Shown: in pieces, positions 1 to 12,189 of the stretch
How positions within the stretch are numbered: position 1 is the first letter of the stretch
How the letters are laid out: each line of letters starts with the position of its first letter
Assembly: GCF_001194135.2 (NCBI RefSeq)
Contig: NC_068981.1
Location: 52,057,266 to 52,121,265 of the forward strand
Direction: 5' to 3'
Origin: Octopus bimaculoides
Lineage: Eukaryota
DNA length: 64,000 nucleotides
Notes under the pieces: generated by a model
What the model saw: the letters and a program-made list of their open reading frames with translations, nothing else
What the model was told of the DNA's origin: nothing
Databases searched by the model: none
Translations under genes and position numbers: made by a program

Positions 1-364
1 TTTGTAAATAATGTGAGATTCATGTCTCTCTGGAAAACATCAGAAATACTAAATGAATTTTCATCATGAGAATCGAACACATATTCTAGTTTTGATTCAC
101 AAGGAATTTGTCGCCTACTCTAAAGATGTTTAAAATAAATTTTCTATTTCTTTAGTCTTAGCACATAACTCCTTATGTTGTGATATATGAAATGAGACAC
201 AGTGGACGATTAGGCCTTAACACTGCAAATTCAACCAAAGACATTAGCACTGCAAATTCAACCAAAGAGTCAAGACCCAAACGCGTTTTCACCTGGTCAG
301 TGCTAAGCTCGATCAAATGGATGGCAGAATCAGTAGGGTAACAGATAGCATTGTAATATTTATA

Positions 365-475
365 TATCTTTACATTCTGAGTTCAAATTCGATCAAGTTC
401 GATCAATGAAATAAGCATCAGTTCTGGATGTATTTAATCAACTATACCTATACCTCAAATTTTAGTCCTTGTGAT
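365..475 (+). mobile_element. Degenerate fragment of SINE family 1
   Basis: ctttacattctgagttcaaatt (B-box-like GAGTTCAAATT) followed by gaaataagcatcagtt, matching better copies at 5774, 38925 and 46287. Confidence 0.45.
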
Positions 476-634
476 TTTTAGAAATCAATAATGGCATACA
501 CTCTTCTAAATTACAGCTGTGACGACCACAACTTTTTCCTATACTTTCTTATTACCTGTTTTATGCGTTCCTTTTGCAAGAATTGGTGATCTTCCTGTCC
601 AGTTCAACTTGGCAGTAGAAATATTCCCGGCCTG

Positions 635-1403
635 TTGCTTCTATTGCTGCTGCTGCTACTGCTGTTGTTGTTGTTGTTGTTTCTGATCTTGCTACTTCAG
701 CTACTGCTACTTGCTGTTTCTATTATTGCTGCTCTGGAGTTTCTGCAATTTTGCATAAAAATTATGAGATGGCTAAGTAGTAGTAGTAGTAGTAGCGCCA
801 CGGCGGTGGCGCTGGTGGCGGTGGTGGCGGTGGTGGCGGCGGTGTCGGCGGCGACGNNNNNNNNNNNNNNNNNNNNNNNNNNNNNNNNNNNNNNNNNNNN
901 NNNNNNNNNNNNNNNNNNNNNNNNNNNNNNNNNNNNNNNNNNNNNNNNNNNNNNNNNNNNNNNNNNNNNNNNNNNNNNNNNNNNNNNNNNNNNNNNNNNN
1001 NNNNNNNNNNNNNNNNNNNNNNNNNNNNNNNNNNNNNNNNNNNNNNNNNNNNNNNNNNNNNNNNNNNNNNNNNNNNNNNNNNNNNNNNNNNNNNNNNNNN
1101 NNNNNNNNNNNNNNNNNNNNNNNNNNNNNNNNNNNNNNNNNNNNNNNNNNNNNNNNNNNNNNNNNNNNNNNNNNNNNNNNNNNNNNNNNNNNNNNNNNNN
1201 NNNNNNNNNNNNNNNNNNNNNNNNNNGCAGCGGTGGCGGCAGCGGTGGTGGTGAAGGGAGTAGTAGTGATAGTAGCAGTAATGGTGGTAGTGGTGGTGGT
1301 GGAGGTGGTAGTAGTGACAGTAGTAGTAATGGTGGTGGTGATGAAGGTAGTAGTAGTAGTAGTGGTGGTGTTGGTGGTGTTGGTGGTGGTGGTGGTGGTA
1401 GTG

Positions 1404-1457
<54 letters not shown>

Positions 1458-1480
1458 ACAACAGCAACAACAGCTCGAGT
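635..1480. repeat. Mosaic trinucleotide microsatellite (TGC/TGT/TAG/TGG/CGG) spanning N-gap 857-1227
   Basis: Directly visible runs; they explain the poly-L/V/S/G/T ORFs. Confidence 0.95.
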
Positions 1481-1589
1481 GGAGTAGGTGATCGCTGATT
1501 GCATAGTAGTAATATTGCTATAGTTGATTTGTTGTTATTGTTTTTGTACTGATTGTGACATAGACTATATTTGTTGTTTGATGTAGCCC

Positions 1590-1780
1590 CCGGGGGTCAT
1601 AGCTGAAGGAGCAGACCTATAATCAAAAGCACAATTCTGTTTTGTTTTGTTGTTTTTTTTCCTATTTACAAGGAAGGTAGGACCACATTATTCAGGTCCT
1701 AAGATACAACAGTGTGTGTGATTTAAAGAATATTTGTCTGTTATTTCTAGCAAGTAGATCAACCACATAGAGACAGCAGT
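1590..1780 (+). repeat. Dispersed repeat with core (gatc)gagcagacctat(g)atcaaa
   Basis: A similar core recurs at about 29630-29660, 47660-47690 and 49055-49085; class not determined. Confidence 0.4.
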
Positions 1781-1966
1781 AGTGGTGATTTGTGAAAATG
1801 TTGATAGCAACAGTAGTTGTGATTGTAGTAGATGAGATTCTAACGATATTGATGATAGTGGTTAGCAGTGGATTAGTGGTTCACGTAGATATGTTGTGTC
1901 AGAAATTGGCAAAAAGAGGAAGCAATTTATTAGGCATGCAGATCGATTGACAGGTAAGTTGGATAA

Positions 1967-2056
<90 letters not shown>
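1967..2056. repeat. (GATA)n microsatellite
   Basis: Near-perfect run visible. Confidence 0.98.
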
Positions 2057-2161
2057 GGGTGCCTAAGACGTGTCTGTAGATGTCTTGATTCATATATAAT
2101 TTATACATCAAAAAATCTTAACCATTAACCTATAACTTCGGATATGTGTGTGTATATGTGT

Positions 2162-2196
<35 letters not shown>

Positions 2197-2621
2197 ATGT
2201 ATATATATATATATATATATATANNNNNNNNNNNNNNNNNNNNNNNNNNNNNNNNNNNNNNNNNNNNNNNNNNNNNNNNNNNNNNNNNNNNNNNNNNNNN
2301 NNNNNNNNNNNNNNNNNNNNNNNNNNNNNNNNNNNNNNNNNNNNNNNNNNNNNNNNNNNNNNNNNNNNNNNNNNNNNNNNNNNNNNNNNNNNNNNNNNNN
2401 NNNNNNNNNNNNNNNNNNNNNNNNNNNNNNNNNNNNNNNNNNNNNNNNNNNNNNNNNNNNNNNNNNNNNNNNNNNNNNNNNNNNNNNNNNNNNNNNNNNN
2501 NNNNNNNNNNNNNNNNNNNNNNNNNNNNNNNNNNNNNNNNNNNNNNNNNNNNNNNNNNNNNNNNNNNNNNNNNNNNNNNNNNNNNNNNNNNNNNNNNNNN
2601 NNNNNNNNNNNNNNNNNNNNN

Positions 2622-2665
<44 letters not shown>

Positions 2666-3266
2666 AAAAGCATACATAAAGATACATTATATTGCTGATA
2701 TTAGCTTTGTGTCTGCCAAATGTGTCCAGAGTAATAGCAAAGTAGTAGTTAGAATGGGTCTGTTGTGTCAACGTTTTAAAATCAATATAACGTTGAGAAG
2801 CGTTAATACATTTGCTACAGGCTAGCCTGCCATCTATTTTGTGGCAAGTAAGCTATCTGACTAACGCGGAAGCAAATTGTGTACATAAATATCTGTGTGT
2901 GTATGTGTGTGCATAATGCTGAGACCTATATATGTTTGTATGTAATTGCATGCGTATTATCTAAACATCGGCAGGGTCTACATGTATAAGTTAAGAAAGA
3001 TTATTGATGCATATGCATTTACTGTTGTATACGCATAAATATAAAGAAACACATACACATAGGTGTATGAATCTATGCATGTATAGATAGAAATGTGTGT
3101 GTGTGCGCGCGCACGTGTGTGTGTGTACCTGTGTGTGTATACTTATATATGTGTTTGTATCTGTGTTCTAAGTTTGTCGTAAATTTACGTATGCTCTCCC
3201 TTTATGTACACATTCATGTGTATATAGCCGTATAAGCATATCTGTATACATCACACGTAGCTTGCT

Positions 3267-3296
3267 AGATAGATAGATAGATAGATAGATAGATAT

Positions 3297-3367
<71 letters not shown>

Positions 3368-3414
3368 AAAGGCAGATAAACAGACACATACATACATACA
3401 TACATACATACATA
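3267..3414. repeat. Compound (GATA)n-(GACA)n-(CATA)n microsatellite
   Basis: Directly visible. Confidence 0.95.
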
Positions 3415-3439
3415 AATAGTTGAAATTTACAAAAAAAAA

Positions 3440-4160
3440 ATAGGAGGAAGACAGGTGTATAAACAACAAACAGGTGTATTAGTTTAACGCTCGAGAAAGT
3501 GAGAAAGTCTTTTACGTTTCAAGCCTACGCTCTTCAACAGAAAGGATCACGAGGAAATAAACAGAGAGAGCATTTAAAAAAAACTTTTTGAGTTAGCGAT
3601 CAATCATGGCGGCTAGCTGGACAAAGGTAGTTAGACCGGAGAGCTAGGAAGAAGGGGAAATAATGAAGTATTGGTTATCCCAAAACGAAGGAGCGTGTGT
3701 ATGTGAGAGTGTGTATGTGCGTGTGGATAGGAGCTGGTGACTTTGACGTGTGGATGTGTGCGTGTGTAATGTGTATGCGTCTATAATGTGTTTGTAATGT
3801 GTGGGTGTGGGGGACGTGGATGATGGTGTGGGTGCTGGGAAGTGGTGAGGTGTTGTAATGAATGACCACTAGAACAGAAATGGTGCGAGACGGAGGTGTC
3901 GTTGCCGAGTCTAATGTCTTGGAGGTGCTCCGCTAACCTGTCAGCCAAGCGGCTTCGCGTTTGACCGATGTACAGAGAAGGACAGAAAGAGCAGGAGATG
4001 CAGTAAATGACATTGCTAGAAGTGCATGTAAAGGAGTCAGTGATATGATACGAACGATGATGGGTGCCTGTGACGATGGTGGTGTTGGAGAGGTAGGGGC
4101 AAGTGCGGCAGCGTGGGCGGGAGCAGGTGAACGAACCAGGTTGGGAGGTGGGTTTAGGGT
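3440..4160 (-). mobile_element. Penelope-like element 3' relic: GIY-YIG endonuclease (about 4158-3850) plus terminal region
   Basis: Minus-strand translation PGSFTCSRPRCRTCPY...FTCTSSNVIYCISCSFCPSLYIGQTRSRLADRLAEHLQDIR...SVSHHFCSSGHSL contains the Cys-rich linker, VIY and YIG motifs, and the conserved R and H of PLE GIY-YIG domains. Confidence 0.9.
3509..3545 (-). ncRNA. Candidate variant or decayed minimal type I hammerhead ribozyme in the PLE terminal region
   Basis: Minus strand TTGAAGA-GCGTAGGCTT-GAAACGTA (core CUGANGA with C3U, GAAA, palindromic ACGT stem III); stems I and II are imperfect. Confidence 0.35.
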
Positions 4161-4642
4161 GTGTGTGTGAGAGAGAGAGAGATAAAGAGAAAGGTACCTG
4201 CGCCAGTGCTCGAGTGGCACTTATTTTCACCTGTGTTGACCGGACTAAAGGAAAATGAANNNNNNNNNNNNNNNNNNNNNNNNNNNNNNNNNNNNNNNNN
4301 NNNNNNNNNNNNNNNNNNNNNNNNNNNNNNNNNNNNNNNNNNNNNNNNNNNNNNNNNNNNNNNNNNNNNNNNNNNNNNNNNNNNNNNNNNNNNNNNNNNN
4401 NNNNNNNNNNNNNNNNNNNNNNNNNNNNNNNNNNNNNNNNNNNNNNNNNNNNNNNNNNNNNNNNNNNNNNNNNNNNNNNNNNNNNNNNNNNNNNNNNNNN
4501 NNNNNNNNNNNNNNNNNNNNNNNNNNNNNNNNNNNNNNNNNNNNNNNNNNNNNNNNNNNNNNNNNNNNNNNNNNNNNNNNNNNNNNNNNNNNNNNNNNNN
4601 NNNNNNNNNNNNNNNACATATACATATATATATATATATGTA

Positions 4643-4680
<38 letters not shown>

Positions 4681-5629
4681 TATATGCATATATATATATC
4701 TGTACTATGTATATATGAATGTATGTATGCATATGCATATAATACACATATACACGCACAAAGTACATGTGTTTGTGTGTTTGTGTATGTGTACTTATGT
4801 TTAATGCCTTTACAAACATAGTTATACACATAAGAATAATTATATACGAAATAAATGCCAGCTATCGCACGCAAATGCAAGTTTGAACTTCTAGTCAGTA
4901 TATGTATGTGTGTTTGAGAGACAGAGGGAGATAGAGGGGGTAGGTTCTCTTCTCCAAATGAAACAACCAATTTCGCTTCTTAGAGTAAATTGCTAACCTG
5001 TGCTGACGAGTCTGCACATTTTCCTATTTGAATTATGTGTATCATCAAAGAACCTTTATTTTTATTACTCTCTTTCGTTCAGTAAACCTATACACGAAAC
5101 ATTGCTAAACATTGCTCAATTAAAAGAGATGGGTTTGGTTCTATTCACTTAAAGAACGGAACAGAAGAGCAGAAGGGCTTGACATGTGACTGAAGAGTGC
5201 TGTAGAAACAATAAACTTGAATGCAATGATTCATCAATAGAATATGGTTTAAGAAATATTGCCCTGAGTATATTCAAATAGAAAGATATAAATTGATTGC
5301 AAGAGACTCATTTTCTCTACAAATAATACTTATATGTACGGACGATAAGGAATTATGTGTACATAGTTGCAGCTAAAGTTCTAAATATTCCATGTGGGAA
5401 AATTGTTATCTCTGATAATGTAGAAAGAAAAACTGTTTAGGAAAAGCAATCACCGAACACACAGGCACGCACACACATGCAAATATGGATACATAAACAT
5501 ACATACATACATACATACATACATACATACATACATGTGTGTGTATGTGTGTGTGTGTGTCTGTCTGTGTACATGTTATATATGTGTGTACGTGTATGTA
5601 TACACAAAGAGGCATAAGCATACAAAACT

Positions 5630-5657
5630 TCTGCTATTCATTATTATTATTATTATT

Positions 5658-5713
<56 letters not shown>

Positions 5714-5732
5714 CGTCGTCGTCGTCGTCGTC

Positions 5733-5764
<32 letters not shown>

Positions 5765-5772
5765 CATCATTA
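5630..5772. repeat. Compound (ATT)(GTT)(GTC)(ATC)n microsatellite
   Basis: Directly visible. Confidence 0.95.
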
Positions 5773-5773
5773 T

Positions 5774-5987
5774 AAGGCTGCAAGCTGGCAGAATCGTTAG
5801 TAAGCCAGGAAAAATGCTTAACGGTATTTTGGCCGTCGCTATGTTCTGAGTTCAAATTCTGCCAAGATTGACTTTGCCTTTCAATCTTTCGGGGTCGATA
5901 AATTAAGCATCGGTGAAACACTGGTGTCAATGTAATCGACTTATTCTCTCCACCAAAATGGCTGCTATAATTGCAAAATTTGAAACC
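5774..5987 (+). mobile_element. SINE family 1 (tRNA-like), near full length
   Basis: Head ctggcagaatcgttag, B-box-like gagttcaaattc, body tttgcctttcaatctttcggggtcgataaa, end aaaatttgaaacc; several similar copies in the window. Confidence 0.8.
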
Positions 5988-5994
5988 ACTATTA

Positions 5995-6044
<50 letters not shown>

Positions 6045-6186
6045 GTAGTTGTTGTTATTATTATCATCATCATTATCCTTATTATTATAATTATTATAAT
6101 TGTTGTTTTTATTATTGTTATCTTCATCATTATCATTATTATTATTATTATTGTTGTTGTTGTTGTTATTATTTTTATTATTGTCT
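5988..6186. repeat. (ATT)n/(GTT)n/(CAT)n array forming the 3' tail or target of the adjacent LINE
   Basis: Directly visible; abuts the LINE 3' UTR. Confidence 0.9.
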
Positions 6187-9100
6187 CTGCACAGCTTCTA
6201 GCGCTGGAGATGTACTAAGGTGTCAGCTGTTCTCTACCAGTGAACTAAGGTAACAACTCTTATATTTCGAGCACCTTCCGGAGTATTCGAGCGGTTCCAA
6301 GCAGTGCTATTTTCTGCAAATGCTCCATCTTTATTGCAGCCCCTATTTGTTCCATCTACTTCTCGAGATTTTTACTCACTGTTTCCAGGGCTCCGACAAT
6401 TATTGGTACTACTACCACCTTTTTCATCGACCACAACTGCTTAACATCCCAAGCTAACTTGTCATATCTATCGACTTTTCTTTCTTCCTTATCGCATACC
6501 TTGTTGTCAGTTGGGCATGCTATATCTATGATCCAGCATAGATTGCTTTCTTTCTAAATTAAGACTATGACTGGCTTCCTATTCTCTATCTCATGGTCGC
6601 ACTGAATCATAAAATCCCACAGGATCTTTGCATTATCATTTTCGATGATGCCTTCGGGTTTGTGGTCTACCAATTTTTTTGCTCTGTTGAGTCCATGCAT
6701 TCTTTTCTTTACCCACCTATTTTCAGTTTCATTCGTTTTCAATTGCTTGTACAGTGCTTTATCTTTGCAATCTTTCATCTTACACAAGCCTGACCTTCTA
6801 ATATTAACGGTTTTGTAGAATTTTTTACGTACCATGCTATGTTGCATTCTTCTGCTCTACTACTGTGTTCGCATCCAATAAGTCCTTTTCCCTTCTTTTT
6901 GTTGGTATAAACAGTCTGTTTGTGTCACTTTTGCGGTGGAATGTCCCATATTTAGTTAGCAACTTCCTCTTCTTTCTGTCTAAGCTGTTTAGTTCGTCTA
7001 CTGTCCATACAATTACCCCTGCTCCATATCTAAGGAGTGAAACCGTCCAGGTGTTGATAGCTTCAATCTTATTCCATCTGTTTAATTTCGATTTAAGTAT
7101 CAGTCTCAGTATGCGCAAGTACTCCACCTGAAATGTTTCTGTCATTTCTTTCTCCATCAATTTATCTATTTTCCAAAATCCTCAAGTACTTATAGCCCGT
7201 CTCTTCTATCTGCTTCATAACCTCCCCCGACGGTATCGTTAGCTCGTCCATACATTTGATTTTGCTTCTCTTCAAGTTTAACACACCACACTTTCTCAGT
7301 CTGAACTCCATTCTGATATCAGCACTGAGAGTATACACCGTATCAACGAGGGAACTAACTTGGGTTTCATCTTTACCATAAAGTTTGTGGTCATCCATGA
7401 ATAACAAATGGTTGACTTTTTGTTGGCAGCTTTTCAATATGTACCCAGCTTTTGCTTTCATCAGATTTAGTATTAGTAGTATCAAGCACAGTACAAAGAT
7501 CAGTGGGGACAGGCAGTCCCCTTGGAAGATGCCCCTCCTGATTTCTACTGTCCCTAAACTTCTTCCGCATGCTGTCAGGTCCGTTCTCCAAATCGTCATA
7601 CTCTTTCCAAGCAATCGCTCAACATTCGATTCGTTACCAAATAGGTTAATACATTCCATATTCCAAGAATGTGGGATCATATTGTACACCTTGCGATAGT
7701 CGATCCATGACATGGCTGAGTTACTTTTCCTCCTCTTGCAGTCTCTGAGTACAGTTTTGTCAATCAGGAGTTGATCCTTGGTACCTCTGCACTTACACTT
7801 GCAACCCTTCTGCTCATGTGCCAGGAGTCCATTTTCTTTTCCAGATGTTTGTACATTGACTCTGCGAGTATTCCTTTCAATAATTTCCACATAAATGGTA
7901 AACAGGATATCGGCCTGTAATTGTCTACCGTATTGCCTTTTTCGATGCTTTTCAAGCACAGCACTGTCCTACCCAATGTCAACCACTCTGGTTTGACTTG
8001 GTCGGCATTTAACAAGGTGTTGAGTTGCGTAGCTATTCGTGCATGACATTCATCAAATCTTTTGATCCAGTAGCCTTGAACTCCATCTGGCCCTGGGGCC
8101 TTCCAGTTGCTCATTCTTTTGCTAGTTTCCTTCACTTCCCTAACTGAAATGCCTAGTTCTGCCTATTTTGGACAGACTACTGTTTGTTTCAGTTCTTGCA
8201 ACTATTCAGCATCCTTCTTGTGCACCTTGTCTTTGCTCCAGATGTCACCCCAAAACCTTTGACTTTCATTGTTATCTGGTATCAACTATTCATCTGTACA
8301 CTTTCCATTTATTTCTTTATAGAACCTCTTCTGGTCTACTCTGAATAACCTATTCTGGTGGTAACCCTTCATTCTTTGGTCGTATCTTACCATCTTTGTT
8401 TTCTTTGCAAAGATGCGCTGTTTCAATTCCTCCATTACCACTGTCAGGTCCTTTCTTTCAATATTATATTTCCTTTTCAGCGCCCTGCATTTTTGTTCGC
8501 TTTTTAAGCTCCCCTTTCTCTTTCCGGCCTAACACAGAAATGTCCTTCGAGAGCATGTCTAACCCTGCCTGTATTCTTCTTTCCCACTGTGGATCTTTTC
8601 TTTTGTTACTCCCATTATATTTCTTTTTCTTGACATCAACACCCACGTTTTCTGCTACAACAATACTTGCTGCCTTGATCAAATGATTTGTTTCTGTGAT
8701 GTTGTTTGTTTTGATGTATTTCAGAATTTTATTGACATTTTGCGTTTCTTGGTTCAATTTCCACCGATCAAACTTTTTTAAGGTTGCAAATAATGTTGCC
8801 ATCGTTCTCCTGTAGTTTTGCCTATATTCTGTCGTAGATTACCTTTTGTTCATCTGTCATGTCACCATTAGTTTTATTGACTTCTTTCAGATCATCTATA
8901 TGTCTCTCATCAAGTAAGCTACCACTGCTCCTTTCCTGTGCTATAAGATTACTTTTATTAGTAAGAACTGTATTTTCATTGTTATCTCTGCTACAGTTTT
9001 TCAAGACCCGTCTTTTGATAGCTTCGAGCTCCACTTCTGTGAACCGATGACTTTTTTGTTATTGCTCTAGCTTGATCACATAGTCTCTGTTCCATGAGTT

Positions 9101-9300
9101 GAATCAATCCCTTTTCCCTCCAGTGATCATATATACGTTGTCGGTAACCCCTAATCTGAGCACCATTTTCATCTACAAGGTTGCTTAGGTAGTAACACTC
9201 TGTGACCACAGCATCAATTTCCTTGCTCCATCTACACCATGTCACCATCAGTGGTTTCACTTTCATTACCACCGTTATTCACAATACTTTGTTTTTTCAT
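6187..9300 (-). mobile_element. RLE-type non-LTR retrotransposon (R4/Dong-like, family A), near full length, frameshifted
   Basis: N-terminal RGYRQRIYDHW..EQRLCDQARAI; RT motifs [50 protein letters not shown]; RLE region KILWDFMIQCDHEIENRKP..GALG..LGTARILRKVL; ends in (TAA)n. Confidence 0.93.
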
Positions 9301-9365
9301 TGTCTCTCATATGAGGTAGCGATTATCAGGTTGCGCAATTGCCAGTGTTTTTATTGTGACACCAT

Positions 9366-9448
9366 GAATAGGTTATTCAGAGTAGATCAGAAGAGATTCT
9401 ATGAAAAAATAAATGGAGAGTGTACAGATGAAAAGTTGATACCAGATA
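9366..9448 (+). repeat. Inverted 83-bp copy of LINE segment 8273-8355
   Basis: Manual alignment to the reverse complement shows 6 mismatches. Confidence 0.85.
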
Positions 9449-9454
9449 GAAAGC

Positions 9455-9650
9455 ATTTTTTCTTCATGATTTCTGACAACTATATCTGGCCTATTGGCCT
9501 TAACTTCTCTATCTGTGTGTATTGGCATATCCCAGAGTATGGTTGCTTTCTCGTTTTCTCTGACCTTTTCTGGCGTGTGCTTATACCATCTTATACCATC
9601 TTTTTTCTGTTGTTATTCCAGTGTTGGCATAGCTTCCAGTGTATGTAGTT
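9455..9650 (-). mobile_element. RLE endonuclease fragment from another RLE-LINE subfamily
   Basis: Translates WYKHTPEKVRENEKATILWDMPIHTDREVKANRPDIVVRN. Confidence 0.85.
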
Positions 9651-9689
9651 CAAAATAAGAAGTGATAAAAATTCAAATTTATTGAAATT

Positions 9690-10752
9690 TAAACGTAAAG
9701 TATGAACGAGAGCAACCAGCGCCCACACGTTAATGGAATGACATCATCAGTTTTTAAGATAAAATTTTATAACAAGCAAAAAGAAAAAGACAGAAAAAAA
9801 ACAGAAAAAAGAAGACGACAGAAAAAAAGAGGAAAGAAAAAAGAGAGAAAGAAGAATATTTAATCAAGCAGTTTTTTATAAATGTGATGAGATTCTCCTG
9901 TTATTTTATTCATTCCTCTAGGGCGTGATGTTAATAACCCGCAAACATGTCTCCTCATACATTCTGAGAAGTGAAAGTGAAGCAGATTCAGAATATTTTT
10001 TGAGAATATGCACTTTCAAGTCTTCTTCAAAATTACAGCCGCTTGAAACGAAATGTTCAGCAAGTTCTGTAGAACTACTGTTATTGTGCCTGACGTCGAA
10101 TCTGTGCCCATTAAACTTTTTGTTTAATTGTTCTGTTGTACAACCAACATAAATTGTGTTTCGTGCATTCTGCAGCGTACACCAAATGGGAATCTTTACA
10201 TGTTCCACCTTCTGTATAAATCATAACATTTCTGTTATGATTTCTGATGGAATTCACTTCAATCATGTTGTTGCACAATGAACAGGGCTTACCTTTCTTG
10301 CGGCTATTCTTTAAGGTACATCGTGCAGATATTACAATGTTCGTTTTCTTGGAGTCAGAAATGGCGGTCAATAATTCTCTTATATTCTTATTCCGTCTAA
10401 ATAACAGTAGTTCGACAGAACTTGCTGAACATTTCGTTTCAAGCGGCTGCAATTTTGAAGAAGACTTGAAAGTGCATATTCTCAAAAAATATTCTGAATC
10501 TGCTTCACTTTTACTTCTCAGNNNNNNNNNNAGTGCATATTCTCAAAAAATATTCTGAATCTGCTTCACTTTTACTTCTCAGAATGTATGAGAAATATGT
10601 TTGCGGGTTATTAACATCACGCCCTGGAGGAATGAATAAGATGACAGGAGAATCTCATCACATTTATAAAAAAATTGTTTGATTAAATATTCTTCTTTCT
10701 CTCTTTTTTCTTTCCTCTTTTTTTCTGTCGTCTTCTTTTTTCTGTTTTTTTT
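9690..10752 (-). mobile_element. 5'-truncated Penelope-like element with inverted pseudo-LTR (arms 9794-10085 and 10400-10752)
   Basis: GIY-YIG pieces CSLCNNM..GGTCKDSHLVYAAECTKHN and IYVGCTTEQLNKKFNGHRFDV..TELAEHF..LKVHILK; arms of about 290 bp are reverse complements with a few mismatches. Confidence 0.88.
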
Positions 10753-10786
10753 TTCGTCTTGACTATTATTATTATTATTATCACCA

Positions 10787-10836
<50 letters not shown>

Positions 10837-10840
<4 letters not shown>

Positions 10841-11047
10841 CCGCGAGCGGGAAGAATCGTTAGTACGCCGAACAAACTGCTTAGCGGCATTTCATCCGTT
10901 TTCATGTTCTAAGTTCGAATGTCGCCGGGATCGACTTTGCCTTTCATCCTTTCGGGGTCAATAAAACAAGTACCAGTTGAACTGGGATCGATGTAATCGA
11001 CTCATCTCCTCCCCAAAAATGGCTGCCTCTTTGGCAAAATTTGAATA
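10837..11047 (+). mobile_element. SINE family 1 between (ATT)n arrays
   Basis: Same head, body and end as 5774-5987. Confidence 0.8.
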
Positions 11048-11060
11048 TATTATTATTATT

Positions 11061-11096
<36 letters not shown>

Positions 11097-11139
11097 ATCA
11101 AAGTTGATGTAAAATGGCGGTGAATATTATAGTCAATAC

Positions 11140-11295
11140 TTAATATCCATTCATATTCTAAGATGGAAATCCGCCTACATCGAATTTTCCTAGTCATCCT
11201 TGCGCGGTCGATAAAATAAGTTACCAGTAAAGCATTAACCTCTTTATAACAGGCTACATCTTTCCCGTAAAATTTACGACTTTGTACCAATATTA
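11140..11295 (+). mobile_element. Highly degenerate SINE family 1 fragment
   Basis: gtcatccttgcgcggtcgataaaataagttaccagt resembles the family body. Confidence 0.4.
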
Positions 11296-12189
11296 TCAAT
11301 CGTGATCTCTTTACCTAGAGGCTTGAAGTTCACGGCAAAGTTGCAGTCTCGATCAGCTAATGCAGGGTGAAAAAAACCATGAATGTTATGATAGAACTCT
11401 TTATTTTCTTCAGCTAAGATACTGACTCCTTATAGACAAATAAAATAAAGCAATAATAGTTGCTGCTGTGTTCCACTATTGAATATGACATAAATATATG
11501 TTCATTCTGTTGGAAAAAATATATTGAAACTGTTTCTTTTGACCTACATTAACACATGTGAGTAGGCAAGTGGTAAGTTAAAACCAAGTCAAAAATTGCG
11601 CTTTCGGTTTTAGTCCGATTCTCTGATCGAATTACTGACATGCACTCAATGATCATGTCTTCGATTTCTGACTATATATCTTGAATATTTTTAAAATCGT
11701 TCAGAAACTACAGAGCTGACTTCCTCCTTACAAACGACATGAATATAATATTTTTGATGGAAATCTGATAACATTTTAATAGTTATGAAACTTCTGAATT
11801 AGTGATAACAATAAGGTATCAGAGTACAAGCGTTGCATAATTCACGTCTGTAAGTATTATAAGGTTCAAATTCGTCTACTAGCCAACAGCTAATTATGTG
11901 CGCGCGCGAGAATGTGTGTGTGTGTGTGCGTGCGTGCGTGCGCGCGCGTAATTAAATGAAGAGAGGGAGTGAGTGGCAAAAGTATTAAGTTGGAAAGAAA
12001 ATCCTGTTGCAGTTTTGCACAATTACTTTGAGGATATTTTCAATATTTACGGAGTAAAATAAGCATTAATTTTTTTCATTCTAATATTATTTTCTTTTTT
12101 GCAGATTACTTTATGCCATATTAGTTAAATTCGTATCGATTTTATTCTTTTAAAATTAGTTTAGATCCAACCTATATCTGACACTACAT

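Noticed and set aside
221-268. 21-bp direct repeat cactgcaaattcaaccaaaga with a 6-bp spacer
   Set aside because: Only two units; a simple tandem duplication, not a CRISPR array.
635-2825. Long ORFs (170-290 aa) at 635-1504 and 2108-2825
   Set aside because: Made of microsatellite translations and X residues from N-gaps. The same applies to ORFs across the gaps at 4260-4615, 13914-14447, 17346-17417, 43036-43498, 51618-51913 and 53371-53763.
4160-4259. Possible further PLE terminus next to the gap
   Set aside because: No diagnostic motif is visible and the sequence is cut by the gap.
9722-9752. Minus-strand CTGATGA at the expected hammerhead position of the 9.7-kb PLE
   Set aside because: The GAAA half of the core and stem I are missing, so it is too incomplete to call.
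10471-10582. Exact 51-bp duplication across the 10-N gap (10522-10531)
   Set aside because: Unmerged contig overlap, an assembly artefact.
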